Shown here: positions 1 through 14,444 of the stretch, piece after piece
Layout: the number at the start of each line of letters is the position of its first letter
How positions within the stretch are numbered: position 1 is the first letter of the stretch
Assembly (NCBI GenBank): GCA_964016885.1
Contig: OZ024748.1
Coordinates: 15,872,001 to 15,936,000 of the forward strand
Direction: 5' to 3'
Origin: Eledone cirrhosa
Taxonomy: Eukaryota
Length of the DNA: 64,000 bases
Made by a program: the position numbers and the translations under genes
The notes under the pieces: generated by a model
What the model was told of the DNA's origin: nothing
Seen by the model: only the letters and a program-made list of their open reading frames with translations
The model's database searches: none

Positions 1-170
1 TGGGTGTGTGAGTGTGTGGATGTGTGAGTGTGTGGGTGTGTGAGTGGGTGGGTGTGTGAGTACGTGGGTGTGTGAGTGTGTTTGTGAGTGTGTTTGTGAG
101 TGTGTTTGTGAGTGTGTTTGTGAGTGTGTTTGTGAGTGTGTTTGTGAGTGTGTTTGTGAGTGTGTTTGTG
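1..170. repeat. GT-rich simple repeat, (TGTGTTTGTGAG)n / (TGTGAGTG)n
   Basis: Directly visible 12-nt tandem units. Confidence 0.9.
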
Positions 171-225
171 CGTACATGCATGCATGGATGTGGATGTGCA
201 TGTGACTTGAAACACTGAAATATAA

Positions 226-640
226 ACTTTGCCTTTCATCCTTACGGGGTCGATAAAATAAAGTACCAGTAATGTACTGGAATAATTGCTGGCCTTGTGC
301 CAATAGTAGAAACAATTATTATTATCATCAGGTCGGTGGATTGGCAGTATCGGTAGAGGGTCGGATGCCCTGCTTTGCAGCATAGAGTTACGACCCTTTA
401 TGATCGGAGTTCAAATCCCGCCGAGGTTGACTTTGCCTTTCATCCTTACAGGGTCGATAAAATAAAGTACCAGTCAAACACTGGGATCAATTTAATCAAC
501 TTTCCCCTCCCTCCAAATTACTTGCCTTGTACTTATATAAGAAACCATTATTCTTTCATCCTTACGGGGTCGATAAAATAAAGTACCAGTAATGCACTGG
601 ATAATTGCTGGCCTTGTGCCTAAAGTAGAAACAATTATTA
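226..640 (+). mobile_element. Cluster of tRNA-derived SINEs (family A): 3' fragment, near-full copy ~330-545, 3' fragment
   Basis: A-box-like TGGCAGTATCGG, B-box GAGTTCAAATCC, central GCCTTTCATCCTTACGGGGTCGATAAAATAAAGTACCAG (resembles the Nin/Deu-type SINE core), (ATT)n tail. Confidence 0.85.
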
Positions 641-863
641 TTACTACTACTATTACTAATAGTGTTATCTGCAAGCAAGATAAATATGAAATTCCCAGAT
701 GAAGTACTTTCAATTTCCTTACATCAAAAATAACCTTGGGAGAAAGTATAACAAATATTGAGAAATAAAATGTAACAATTTGCATTATTTCACTCTAAAA
801 TCTGATATATTTCAAAACCAATCAACCAATATACACACATTTGTGCATCTATATGCATATATA

Positions 864-883
864 GGTGTGTGTGTGTGTGAATG

Positions 884-931
<48 letters not shown>

Positions 932-1377
932 TATATATACATACACACATATATATATCTGTTCTGTGAGTGTATGTGTATATATATATATATACACATC
1001 TATCTGTACATGTATATATATATAAATATATATATACATACACATATATATATATATATCTGTTCTGTGAGTGTATGTGTATATATATATATATATATAC
1101 ACATCTATCTGTACATGTATATATATATAAATATATATATACATATACACATATATATATCTGTTCTGTGAGTGTATGTGTATATATATATATATATACA
1201 CATCTATCTGTACATATATATATATATAAATATATATATACATACACACACATATATATATCTGTTCTGTGAGTGTATGTGTATATATATATATATATAT
1301 ATACACATCTATCTGTACATGTATATATATATAAATACATATATACATACACACATATATATATCTGTTCTGTGAGT

Positions 1378-1425
<48 letters not shown>

Positions 1426-1450
1426 CTGTGCACACACGTGTGTGTGTGTG
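864..1450. repeat. Compound minisatellite, ~101-bp unit x5, built from (TA)n/(CA)n
   Basis: Anchor ATCTGTTCTGTGAGTGTATGTG recurs at ~957, 1058, 1159, 1260, 1363. Confidence 0.9.
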
Positions 1451-1556
1451 TGGATGTTTGTATGGATTGGGAGTTACCAGTTTAGACTAGTAAAACCATA
1501 TTCAGCTAAGTACTCAATACTTGAGAAAATAGAGTGTATGTATTGTCATAGTACCA

Positions 1557-1588
<32 letters not shown>

Positions 1589-1695
1589 CATACACACACG
1601 TTACACACACACATATATATATATATATACATACTCATAATACACACACACACACATATATATATACATACTCATAATACACATACATACATCTT

Positions 1696-1744
<49 letters not shown>

Positions 1745-2674
1745 CACATACACATGTTGCACACACACATATATACATACATGTAATATACATATATACA
1801 TGCTACACAGAGTACATCTAACTCAGCACTTATGGGAGTCAAATATTGTAATTTTTGTCATTTCCATAGAATTTCTATTTGTTTTCTACTAACATTACAT
1901 TTATATTATATGTTTTATATTTCCCACTGTTTCACTTGTCTTACTTCTTGTTCTCTCTTTTTTTCTATATAATTGTTAATATATTTTTATCAATCATTGT
2001 TAGTTCTTATTTACAACAACAACAACAACAACAACCACAAAAAAAATCATTGAATATTGTTTGATATTTTTTGGCTTCTATTTTAGACTAGAGTTGTCTC
2101 GCCACAAGAGAAATATGGTAATATAGCATTATTATTGTTTTTTTTAAATCATGTCTGATCCTGATAAGTCTAGAATATTCTCAAAGATGTCAGAATATTC
2201 ACTTTTGTTTAATTCCTTTCAGGTTGATTATTTTGGTAAGATATTTTTAAAATGTTCATCTTTCTCTATTTTGTCTTATTTAAACTATTTTATTTTATTA
2301 TCATCAGCAGTATCAACAACAATGTTTTATGCTCACTTTTTCACGCTTGCTTGGGTTAAACCTGATCATCATAGTTTTTAGCTGTTTTTTTTTACCTGGA
2401 TGGATGCTCTTCCTATCCCTAACCACTTTACATTGTGGACTGGGAGCATTCTTCAAATTACCAACACTAGATAGGCTGTCTAGCTCCACTTAATCACCCT
2501 CTCTTCCCTGTATCAGGTTGTAATCAAACTGCTCTCCTAGACAGGTTGCCTTCACTACAGCTTATGGAACCCCTGTTTGCCTCATACACTATTAATTTCT
2601 TTGAAGTAACTACCCTTCGAGATGAGCTCTCTTCGCCATGTCTTACAGAGCCTGCATCTTCCCCATTAATATCA

Positions 2675-3275
2675 CCATCATCGTTTAACGTCTATCTTCC
2701 ACACTAGCATAGGTTAGACGGCTTTGTTCTATTTGATGCGGGATCAGTCAGGAGACCATGTCTCACTCATACGGAAGTGTCTCTGGCAGCTTTTCTACGG
2801 CTGGATGCCCTTCCTAACACGAACCACATTTACAGTGTGGACAAGGAACCTTTTTACCGTGTCTCCTACATGACCACTTTACAGTGTGGACTGGGTACTT
2901 TTTCTTGTGTCACCGACAGTGGATGGGGTAAGGCGTGTGAGGTGGGGTGTACATTGGGTTAAGAGGGGCCTACTGACTGTAAGTTTATATGCAAGGGAAG
3001 GCAGGTCTTCTGTAGAACTGCATGGCACCAAAGATTTCGATTCAGTGACATTGTCCTTGAGGTCAGTTTTTATCACCTCATCCCAGGTTTTTCTTGGTCT
3101 ACCCACTCCGTAGCTTCCATCAATTTTCATTGCTCTGCACTTTTTTATACAGCTGTTGTCCTTCATATACATCATATGTCCATACCAACGCAATGACCTC
3201 TCCTGAACACAAAATTTGACACCTCTTATGCTTAGTCTTTCTTTCAATTTGTTTATGCTTTGCCCTCTGCACACA
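2675..3275 (-). mobile_element. RTE-clade LINE 3' end (ORF2 C-terminus + 3'UTR + (GAT)n tail), degenerate
   Basis: Translation ERSLRWYGHMM...KIDGSYGVGRPRKTWDEVIKTDLK matches the C-terminus of the 33-34 kb RTE ORF; 3'UTR also homologous. Confidence 0.85.
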
Positions 3276-4249
3276 TTAGTATTACACAGTAATATATATT
3301 TATAAAATCATATATAGTGTGCATAAAGATTTTGATGTATATAGATGGTGATAATAGAGGAAGAAGGGCCAAGAGATCTGAATCGAATGGCGCAGCAGAA
3401 AAAGAAAGATGTATGGAAATGATCAAGTTGTCACAGAACTGGTGTGGACCTCATCAAATTTGACCAAGGAAACGTTTCTTGTGGTCTTTTCCTTGCTGAT
3501 ACTATCTACCAGTTGCAACTTCTGGCAGAAAGAAGACTAAACAAAACCTATGTCTGCACCTATAACTGAACCTTAGAGATGATTAATGAATGAATGCAAT
3601 AAGTGTTGGTAAGCTGCGTGTGAGAAGACCTGACTTATGCAATCATGGAAACAGATGTAAAACACTGATTCTCTCTCTCTCTCTCTCTCTCCATATTTCT
3701 CTCTACTCCTTTGTCTCTCCCTCACATTCTTCCCCTCTCTCCCTCCTCCTCTCTACGCCTCTCTGTCCCTCACATTCTTCCCTCTCTCTCCTTCTCCCTC
3801 CCTCTATATATATGTATATATATATATGTATAATCATTTTGACATCCATTTTTAAAATGATATGTGTGTGTGTGTGTGCGTGTGTCACACACATACATAC
3901 CTTTAATAATAAAGACAACTTAAACCTTAACTAGGCTTCAGTAAGTTGAAGCACATCATATCAAACTCATTCAATTCACACAGCGGTTCTATTCCTAGGA
4001 AGCAAGTCTTTTCTTAGTTTCATAATGGCCTATATTGTTAATAATTCTTCAGGCTTCAAATACTACTTCTGCCCTTGTATTGCAAGAAAATGAGAAAATT
4101 GAAATCTTTGGATAATCTCTAAGGATTCTTTCTATTTGAACAATATTACTGCATGCCAGCAATTATAATATCTGACAGCAGGTAATACACAGTTGTTGAA
4201 ATACTGACATTTCAATAACCACGTATGTAATAAGATTTGAATATACAAT

Positions 4250-4455
4250 TTTTTTTTTTTTTTTCCTACATCAAACACTTCTGACCCTAACCATGTGAAT
4301 AGATACAAAACTGTTTTATAAAAAAATTGTTTACACGAAACATACTCCTGACCCTAAACTCCTGTATGAATTCAAAACTGTTTTATAAATTTTTTTTTTT
4401 ACATCAAATATGCTCCCCTACTTTACCCACCTGAAACGATATAAAACTTTTTAAA
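4250..4455. repeat. Degenerate ~65-bp tandem repeat, ~3 units
   Basis: ACATCAAA..CTGACCCTAA...AAAACTGTTTTATA recurs. Confidence 0.65.
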
Positions 4456-4705
4456 GTGTTTATAGCTATCGAAACACCTAACCTACATGAACAAACAATT
4501 GAAAGAACACATTCGGAAAGCTCATCTCTCTTACCTTTCATGGACAGAATTATTAACCCTTTTGGTACCAACTAAACAGCTGGAAATTTCTCTTGGTTCT
4601 ATGACACATAGCTATTTAAGTTACTAGCATGCCATCATAATTTTAAGTAGGAACCTTCCTTAAGTTACGCTCCAAACACCAGCTTGATAATGAGAAAGTT
4701 ATTTT

Positions 4706-5040
4706 TTTCATCCTTACAGGATTGATAAAATAAAGTACCAGTCATACACTGGGGTAGATTTAATCGATTTTCCCTTCCCAAAACATTGCTGGCCTTGTGC
4801 CTATACTAGAAATTATTATTATTATTACTATTATTAGGCAGTATCGGTAGAGGGTCGGACGCCATGCTTTGACGCATAGAGTTACGGCTCTTGCCATTCT
4901 GAGTTCAAATCCCGCCGAGGTTAACTTTGCCTTTCATCCTTACGGGGTCGATAAAATAAAGTACCAGTAATACACTGGGTAATTGCTGGCCTTGTGCCAA
5001 AAGTAGAAACAATTATTACTATTATTTTTACTATTATTAT
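4706..5040 (+). mobile_element. Two head-to-tail family A SINE copies
   Basis: Same core, B box in the second copy, and ATT tails as other copies. Confidence 0.85.
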
Positions 5041-5789
5041 TATAATGTTATGTGATGTTTCTGGAATTTTACATTTTTACATTTTACATTGTTCTTTCAA
5101 ACTTTTGTGCTTGGAAAGAAAATATGAGAAAATTATCTATAATTGTGTTTGTTCTTATTGTTGCAACTTATGTTGGGATTTTTATATTGTTTTCTTCTTT
5201 TGTTTGTTTTTGTTTTGTTTATTTTGTTTCGTTTTTTTTATTTGTTGTTGTTCTTTTGTGTTCTTCACATGAATAATATTCTTTGAAATAAAATGCAGCA
5301 ATACATAACAGAAAAAAACCCTAAAAAAACAATAGCCAAAGAACGAACTTGGCCCTCCCCCTTTCCTCAAAAAATACAACAACAACAGTGGCAACAAGTA
5401 CAACAACAAAAATAGATAAAATAAAATAAAATAAGACAGCCAAAAAAATCATAATCTAGCATGCAGAGATCACAAACTATAATTTAATCATCTGAAAAAT
5501 AGCAAAATATATAAATAAAATAAAATGGAGCAAAAATTTTTTGGTTTTTGTTGAAATTCTTTACAATTTTTACTTGCCTAATTCTTTGATATGTTAAGCA
5601 AAATCAATCAGAAAAATATCGAAATATTGAAATTGGTACTAATTACTCTAATAATTGGCAGTTGGTAAAATTTTTTACATCGATTTGGATATGTATTGAT
5701 ATTTTTATCTGAGATTTCACTGAAAAATCTGGGATACCGAAATATGAAAAAACCAGAGAAAATAGATATATAAATAAAATTTAAATAAA

Positions 5790-6850
5790 TGCACACCAAC
5801 ACTTCTATACACACAAACCTCTATACACAGATCAACATATATATACACATACATGTACATACCCACAAACTTCTTTACATATAGACCAACATACATATAT
5901 ACATGCACATTATACACAGAACAAACATATACATCTACAAACACACAAAGTTCTTTACATATACACAAACACATATACACAAACACTTCTATACACAGAT
6001 CAACATACATATACATGTCCATGTCCACAATCTTTACATATAGACCAACATACATATATACACACATGCTTTCTTACACATCGATCAATGTTCATATACA
6101 TATATGTACATACACACATTCTTATACATACATCAACATACATATACACATACATACTTTCTCATATATATACACACATACACTTACAAATACACTTATA
6201 TGTCCATGCACATATATAGACACACAAGCACTTATATGTGCATACACATATATGCATACACTTAGTTAAACTCAAATGCAATCACTTCCATACACACTGA
6301 GATACACATACACACGTAAACACCGACATTCTCACACTAAAAGACATACAAACACCTACATATTCCACTAACAGACACATGCATACACATACATACACAT
6401 ACATACACATACAAAAACATTCTCCCAGTAACACTGAGACATGGGCACACACAAATATGCGGACACACAGCCACACAAACATATACACACACACACATAC
6501 AGACACACAGACACACATACATACACACACATAGACACACACAATTACCATTATATTCACACACAGACACACACACAATTACTAATATATTCACACACAC
6601 ATATACAGACACACACACACTCACAGCCCCACAAATATATACAGACACACACAGAACCCTACACACATACAAACACATACACAGACACATACAAGCATTT
6701 ACACACTCGCAGAAAAATACCAACAGCTACACACTCAAACCTACAGATACCCAAACATATACCCCCACCTACCCACCCCCACAGACCCCCACACATACAC
6801 ATCACCCCACAGCCACACACACACAGATCCCCTCCCACACACACCCACTT
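5790..6850. repeat. Degenerate CA/TACA-rich low-complexity tract
   Basis: Base composition; overlapping ORFs are H/T/Y/I or C/V/M repeats. Confidence 0.85.
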
Positions 6851-7697
6851 TAAACACCAGACATTAAATAAAACAAATAAAAACAAGAGTATTCAGTACA
6901 TGATATAGAGAAGAGAGAAGAGACCAGTGGGGAGAGAAGAGAGACCATAGAACAGAGAACACGGAGAATTAATTTTAATTTATTTGTTATATTCTTAATA
7001 ATTTATTTTTTTTAATCTTAAAAGCATTTTGTAAATAAATTGAAAAACAATAAACTATTTATATGTCTGTAAAAGAGATTAAGTGATCTGATTGGTTAGT
7101 TTTGCTATCAAAAAATAACAGCTTACCAATAATCAATCAACTTAGTAGCGTTCCTCATTCCCCACACCCCCAGATCGATATATTGAATACCATATTAACC
7201 CTATTCCAATTGTGGTGGTAGGGGTGGGGTAGAACTCCGGAAATGAAATAAGGGGTATGGTAATGTTGACCATAAAAATATTTATTTCTTCAGATGGACT
7301 AATTCCAATGATTTTAGCCCTTTAAATTATTTCTGGTCTCCTAGCACATGCAGTTGTGCATGCATGCATACATACACATGTGCAAATATGTTCATACATG
7401 CATACTTACACCTGTTTAAATACATACACCCACATATGTACACATACACAAATACATATGTGCACACATGCAAAACATGCCAACTAAAGCACACATGCGA
7501 AACATGCCAACTAAAGCACACATGCATAAATACATATTCAAATACATGTACATACACAATTTCACACCTAATCTCGTATATACATAAATATATACATACA
7601 CATGTAAATACATACACAGCTCATTTAACATCCATTCTTCCATGCAGGCATACACACATCATCTTCGTCTAACGTCCATCTTCGACGCTAGCATGGG

Positions 7698-7748
<51 letters not shown>

Positions 7749-7908
7749 AGAAGTTATGTAATTGTTTAACTTTCTCACAAAGGTATCAAGATTAAACCAA
7801 AGCTATGAGAACAACACAACAGAAATAATAGCTTAATTGAATTGTTCTATCCTAAATAAATTTACATTGGCTTTTTAATAGATTTGGCATCTGCAAATTT
7901 ATTTAAAC

Positions 7909-7981
<73 letters not shown>

Positions 7982-8074
7982 TATAAGTGTATTTATATTT
8001 AAGGTAGTTATCGAAGGTAAATCGACTGGTTGGAGTAGTAACTGTTGTTTACATATATATTATCATCCTGACCA

Positions 8075-8449
8075 TTTATGCCTGTTGGGCGGAGGTGGTG
8101 AGAGCAGACCTCAGATCGCTGAAGCTCATGGAAGAGATGATGAAGGACCATGAAAAGTGAAGAGATGCTGTGTTGAACAGGACCCATCCCACCCTTGCTA
8201 GCAGGGAAAAGCGGATGTATGATGATGATGATATATCTGTAGAAAAGTGTTGAGACATCACTGGTGCCAAGCTGTATCGGCCATTGCCTTTCCCTTGGAC
8301 ATCATCGGTGGCGTGGAGAGGGGAGGCAAGTATGCATGGGCAACTGTTGGTCTTCCACATACAACCTTGCTCGGACTTGTGCTTCAGAGGGAAACATTCT
8401 AGGTGGACATCCCATGGTCATTCGGGACCAAAGTGGGTTTTTACCCCAC

Positions 8450-8450
<1 letters not shown>
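8075..8450 (+). mobile_element. RTE 3' fragment with (GAT)n tail (to ~8230), followed by a probable SINE/non-LTR 3' fragment ending at (TA)n
   Basis: 8085-8230 is the reverse-complement homologue of 51725-51880; the second part is GC-richer and of unassigned family. Confidence 0.6.
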
Positions 8451-8502
<52 letters not shown>

Positions 8503-8659
8503 TAGTGTGCATTTGGAAGGGCATCCAGCTGTACACATTTCAAATGTTTCCATAGAGTAAATAAACAACACTATCAGATAGAGTTTCTCTGATCTGTAAT
8601 AGAGTAAGCGTTGAAACCTTAAGTAGTATACAACTGTTGAGAAAGTATTTTAATAAGTG

Positions 8660-8840
8660 TCTCTACTTTAAGCACAAGGCCAGCAATTACCCAGTGCATT
8701 ACTTGTACTTTATTTTATCGACCCCGTAAGGATGAAAGGCAAAGTCAACCTCGGCGGGATTTGAACTCAGATCGTAAAGAGACGTAACTATGCTGGAAAG
8801 CATGGTGTCCAACCCTCTACTGATACTGCCAATCCACCCC
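8660..8840 (-). mobile_element. Family A SINE
   Basis: Reverse complement of the family A consensus including A/B boxes. Confidence 0.85.
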
Positions 8841-8865
8841 CAGAAATTATTTTAATAATAGTTAT

Positions 8866-9075
8866 ATATCATCATCATCGTTTAATGTTCACTTTCCATG
8901 CTAGTATGGGTTAGACATGTGCCATTTGAGGCATGTTGGGTCTGGTGACCATGTCTTGCTCATATAGAACTGTTTCTGGCTAGATTTCTACAGCCGGAGG
9001 CCCTTCCTAATGACAACCACATTTACAGTGTGTGCTGGGTGCTTTTTGTCATGACACCTACATGACCACTTTACA
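8866..9075 (-). mobile_element. RTE 3'UTR-derived fragment
   Basis: (CAT)n + TTCCATGCTAGTATGGGTTAGAC...GCCCTTCCTAA..CAACCACATTTACAGTG, homologous to 34330-34585. Confidence 0.75.
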
Positions 9076-9854
9076 GATAGATAAAATATATTAAAACTTA
9101 AGCCAAAATCTCTTTTTGGGGGATATAAGCTAAGCCAACTAAAATAAGTTGGTTTTATTCATAGAGTTCCCCACCCATGATTTCTGGAATTCAAAAAATA
9201 ACATTAACTATTCCAATACATTGGAATAACCAATACATTGGAATAACCAATATTGGAAGAATTACAATTCCATCATTGGGAGGAGAAATATTTTCAATAT
9301 ATCATCTTATGTCCAAATGTTTAAGAATACCCGTTTATAATTCCTGGCAGAGATTGAAACCTCCACATATAAAATATGTCATTGTTTCTCATACATTCAC
9401 ATGTATTCAAAAATGTGAGAGCCCAAATGCAGAAAATAACTAATATCAATTGATTACTGTCAATAATAGCTGAGAGACTCGGGTAAAATAACCCTCAAGA
9501 TAGAAAAATGTGGGTAGAGGAACCTACAGAGAATTTGACTCCGTACCTCACGGAAACTGTAAGTGTGTTACTTTTATGCTAAAAGGCCAACAGATACATC
9601 TGTCTATTTTAAGATGCGACACCAAACCGCTCTAGGGCTAGAACTTAGACAGAAATAAACACCATATGCATAATCTATGAATGAGGAGATTTGACATTTG
9701 TAAGCGTGATGATACTAAATACAGTAAATAATTAATAACAGTCAATCACTATAAAATAATAGCTGAAAAAATTGGGTTATACATACTTACAGAAGACCCA
9801 ACTTCCCAGAGGAACAAGCCAAAGGTGAAGCATATAGACAATATGTCCTCCATC

Positions 9855-10131
9855 CCCTTCCACTGCAAAGTGGCTGTGGAGGTGCCACGACAAAAAAGCA
9901 CTCAGCCCACACTGAAAAGTGATCATGTAGGTGCCATGAAAAGAAAAAAAGCACCCAGCACTCACTGTAAATGAGATTGGTGTTAGGATAGGCATCCAGC
10001 TGTAGAAACCAAGCCAAAATCAGTTCCCATATGAGCAAGACATGGTCACCCAACCTAACATCGCCCTCAACAGGACAACCTGTCTAACCCATGCTAGCGT
10101 GGAAGAATGGACATAAAATGGTGATGATGAT
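9855..10131 (+). mobile_element. RTE 3'UTR-derived fragment
   Basis: CACTGTAAATGAG.TTGGTGTTAGGA..GGCATCCAGCTGTAGAAA...(GAT)n tail. Confidence 0.75.
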
Positions 10132-10997
10132 GTGTGTATGTGCATTTGTGTTCATGGGCGGTGCTGTAGCATGGCTGAGAGAGAGAGAGTGTGTGTGTGG
10201 TCTGTGTGTGTGTGTGTGTGTGTGTGTGGTGTATGTGTGTGTGTGGGGGGGGGGGGGGGTATGTGTGTATATATATATAATTCAGGAATGAGCAAGACAA
10301 ACACAGAGATACAAAAACATGGTCTTATTAGTTTCATGCTTGGAGAAAAGTAAATAAGGGTTTCAACATATCGGACACAAGTCCTTCAAGAAATAGCAAG
10401 ATCAGAGAGAGAGGGAGAGAGAGATGGAACAATGGAGCTTGAAAAAAAAAAAAAAATAAATAAAAGGAGAGGAGATTAAAAAAAAAACATTTTCCATTAG
10501 ACATGTCTTCCCCAATACAGTACCTTGCCTTTTTGGTTTGGTCCTTTATGATCTCCTCCATAAACTTTGACCTCATTAAAGTAAACACAAATCTAGAAAT
10601 TAAAATCTATGGTGCTCAAATAATCCTTGAAGTTCATATTAAGTCTAATTAGTCTGAAATAATGAGATTGAGTGATGATATTATTAATGAGAGTATATAT
10701 TGCCTTTCAAGGAGTTATTTAATCATGGAGAAAATTATTCCAGTTCAGAAGCCAAGATCTCTATTCTTTTGCTGGTATAGGTCAGTAGATTCATAGAAAT
10801 GTTAGCACATCAGGCAAAATGTTTTGTTGTATTGTTTCAGCTGTTTATGTTCTGAGATCAAATCCCACCAAAGTTAACTTAGGCTTTCGTCCTTATGGTA
10901 TTGATAAAATAAAGTACCAGTAATGCACTGAAGTCGATTTAATTGATTTTTCTCTCCCCCAAATTGTTGGCGTTGTACCTAAATCAGAAACTATTAT

Positions 10998-11200
10998 TTT
11001 ACTGGTTTCAATCATTAGATTTTTACCATGCTGGGGCCAAGCCTTGAAGAGATTTAGTCTTGTATACATCTTTTACTGGTTGCAGTCATTAGACTGTAGC
11101 CATGCTGGGGCACTGTTTTGAGGGGATTTCATTGATCATCAACTGCAGTACTCCTTTTTGAGTGTGGCCATGCTGGGGCACTGACTTGAAGGTATTTAGT
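10998..11200. repeat. Three tandem partial copies of a dispersed repeat (TTACTGGTT.CAGTCATTAGACTG..GCCATGCTGGGGCAC)
   Basis: Same motif at ~19945, 25548 and, inverted, ~46400. Confidence 0.7.
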
Positions 11201-11764
11201 TTATCATATTGGCTGCAATACTCTTTTGCAATTCATACATATTTCATATGACTACAATAGTAGACATGACTACAATATTTGAGCAGTTTAAAACATGGCC
11301 TGCACTTTACATCTGGCATGTGAACCTATTACTAGCTTTAATAGAAAGTCATATATTTCACATCTGGATATTACCAGATGTTGAGGTATCTATATTTCAG
11401 TGTTGGTTTTCCCTATTACTAGATGGGGGCAGTAGGGTGCTATATTTCATACATAACCTCTATATCCGGCTGTTAGGTTACCTATATTTCAAATCTGCTT
11501 TGGTCTGATTTCCAGCTGGGGATTGGGGTGTAGGTTACATCTTGCATCTTGCCCGGGCCTGTTACCAGCTTTGCATGGGTCCATATCTTAAGTGTTTTTC
11601 TTAAGTAAACAATATGCCATTCCATCCAGTAATAGAACGCATGATTTTACCAACCCAAGGCCCTAACTGCTAATCCTTCACATGTAGTATAGATTTTACC
11701 AACCCAAGTCCAACACCCTAACCACTAATCCCTGTATTTTCAAATCTAGTAATATAGATAGAAA

Positions 11765-11900
11765 TAATTGTTTCTACTTTAGGCACAAGGCCAGCAATTA
11801 CCCAGTGCATTACTGGTACTTTATTTTATCGACCCCGTAATGATGAAAGGCAAAGTCAACCTCGGCGGGATTTGAACTCAGATCGTAAAGGGACGTAATT
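11765..11900 (-). mobile_element. Family A SINE, 5'-truncated
   Basis: High identity to the 40724-40908 copy. Confidence 0.85.
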
Positions 11901-12689
11901 ATAGAATAATCAATTAAATGCTACAGAATTAGGCTAAAGTACTATAAAGTACTAATGATATGAGTAACCTTTTATCAGCTATAATGTATATATATATATA
12001 TATATATATACATACACATTCATATACATGGACATATACAGACATATACACACATATACACACATACATGGGTATATACATATTCACAATCATACACACA
12101 CACATAACACCTCTTGATAATTGCTATTATTTTCACTAACGATACATAGACAATGTAGAATGAGATAACAACATGGCTGTAGAGAATTCAGACATTTTAA
12201 GCTTACATCCTTTAATTAAATTATTGCCACTAATATTACAGAGACACACAGACAGAGAAAAGGCGAGGGGGGGGGCGTGACACTGGACTATTGATAGGAT
12301 GATTGATGTTGAAATTAAACTTTCATCCTTATGATTGATTACTCTTGTAATGAAAGCTTGTTTAATGGCAATATTAGGTCAATACCATGTTGTATATTAC
12401 TACAAGAATTATGGTGTGGGGTATGGGAGAAATTGGGCGATGCTACTTGTAGGAAAATAATATAAATAATTAAAATAAAAGTAACTAGAAAAAATAAAAT
12501 TATATTTTGCATTAAATTTTTTTTTTTTTTCCCAGTCTCTGAAATATTTTTTTTTATTGATATCTTATTGATGCCTGTAAAGATGAAAAGTAAAGCTAAC
12601 CTCAGTGGCATTTCAATTAAGAATGTAAAGGGCCATAACTATATGCTGTGAAGCATGCCATCTAATGCCAATCAACCTCCCTAAAAAAG

Positions 12690-12900
12690 ATTTCTATTAT
12701 AGACACAAGGCCAACAATTTTGGGGAAGGGGAAGTCAATTAAATTATCCCCAGTGCATTACTGGTACTTTATTTTATTGACCACCGTAAAGATGAAAGGC
12801 AAATATAACGATGGGCGAGATTTGAATTCAGAATGTCAAGGGCCATAACTATATGCCATGAAAGATGTTTGACGCTCTACTGATACTTCTAATCCACCAT
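12690..12900 (-). mobile_element. Family A SINE (long variant)
   Basis: Reverse-complement core and boxes. Confidence 0.8.
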
Positions 12901-12923
12901 TTATTGATATTATATTAATGAAT

Positions 12924-13110
12924 AGGCGGTGGATTGGCAGAAACAGTAGAGGGCCGGACGCCAAGCTTTGCAGCATAGAGTTACGGCCCTTTAGGGTTTG
13001 AGTTCAAATCCCGCCAAGTTTAATTTGCCTTTCATCCTTACGGGGCCGATAAAATAAAGTACCAGTAATGAACTAGTATAATTGCTGGCCTTGCGCCAAA
13101 AGTAGAAACA
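12924..13110 (+). mobile_element. Full-length family A SINE with 14-bp TSD
   Basis: ATTATATTAATGAA at 12909-12922 and 13111-13124. Confidence 0.9.
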
Positions 13111-13321
13111 ATTATATTAATGAAAGAATTATTACATTAGTAAATTTATGCAAATATTTCACTGATAAAACATTGATTCAATGAATAGACATAAACTACG
13201 CTTGGACAGGAGAAAAACTGGAATGGGTATAACCTTCTTCAGGCTGTTTAATTTGTCTAATGGTGGAACTAGTCCTGATCATACACTTCTCTAGGTTTGT
13301 ACTAAAACTGTTTAATTCACT

Positions 13322-13532
13322 TTAACATTTTACCATTTAAATCGGCCAGAATTCTTTCATTTTTTCTGTTCAAACCAGCCATTACCAGCTGCTTATATTT
13401 ATGTTAAGGTATTATTGGCAAAATAAATATCAAAATCTTCGAGCTTCGATATTATGATATAATTATGAGGTAAAGCCTTTTCCATGAAAATATAATAGTA
13501 AATCTAGAGTAATGCAAATGCTAAAGGGTTAA
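13322..13532 (+). mobile_element. TTAA-flanked piggyBac-like MITE (family M)
   Basis: Ends in GCTAAAGGGTTAA; internal homology to 21515-21731 and 37139-37360. Confidence 0.65.
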
Positions 13533-14444
13533 TGGTATGCAAACTGATAATAACCACTTGCAGGGTTGCACCCTAACTAACTGTTTAGTTCACCTTAATG
13601 GTATACCAACTCTGATCATATACCTTTAACCTTTCTACACTAAGCAGCTCCGTAGTTAAGCCAATTCTATACCCAGCGCTGCCTAAGGTACCACATAACG
13701 AGATTGAACTCAAAACTATAAAACAGCAAATCTAACAAACACTCAACCATGCCTCTAATTGAGAGAGACAGAGAGAGAAAAAGAGAGAAAGGGAGAGAGA
13801 AAGGGAGAGAGAAAGGGAGAGAGAAAGAGGGAAAGAAAGAGAGAGAAAAAAACAAAAAACACCCTTGTTTTTAAGTAAGGTTCATTTTTAATTTATATGT
13901 GCTGAAAAATGTTTCTTTTATATTTTGCTTAAAGAAGAAAAACCTGATTTTGTTTCCTCATTTATTTTATCTTGCAAATTTTTTTCCTTTAATTATTACA
14001 ATTGAGAATAGCTGACAATCTGAATAAAAAGCTAGGATGGTCTTTAGAAGACAATTGATTTGGTTTACTTTAATATTTTCTTGAAAATTTAAGCATAATA
14101 AAAGAAGTGATTGAGATAATGTGAGGAAGTTAATTCATAAGCTGTCACTATAAATTTGAAAAGAAAATCTGTTTAAACAATTGCAGTTTTCATTGGAATA
14201 TAGATTAAAACCTCAGAGAAACCTGTTATAAAGCACTGCATCAAGTGAAATGAAACACACAATAATTATTCATGACCTCAAAACAAGGCTACATTTTTCA
14301 TTTCCTGTTTACACATGGCTTCCGTTGATAAAAACATGACAAATTAACCTTCCACTGAGCTTAAAAAGAAGAGAAAAAAAATTAAATGGCCTAAAAGATT
14401 TGAACATTTTGAATAGCTACAAGATACTACAAATGATGATGATA

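Noticed and set aside
780-1786. Long ORFs of YIYI/CVCV/HTHT type (also at 5.7-7.7, 19.2, 24.1, 28.8, 31.2, 38.0 and 45.5 kb)
   Set aside because: Translations of microsatellites that lack stop codons; not genes.
3340-3536. Possible terminal exon on the minus strand (KLQLVDSISKEK...)
   Set aside because: Both strands resemble decayed RTE C-terminal motifs (IDG..RGR.., CQKLQ...RP), next to an RTE copy.
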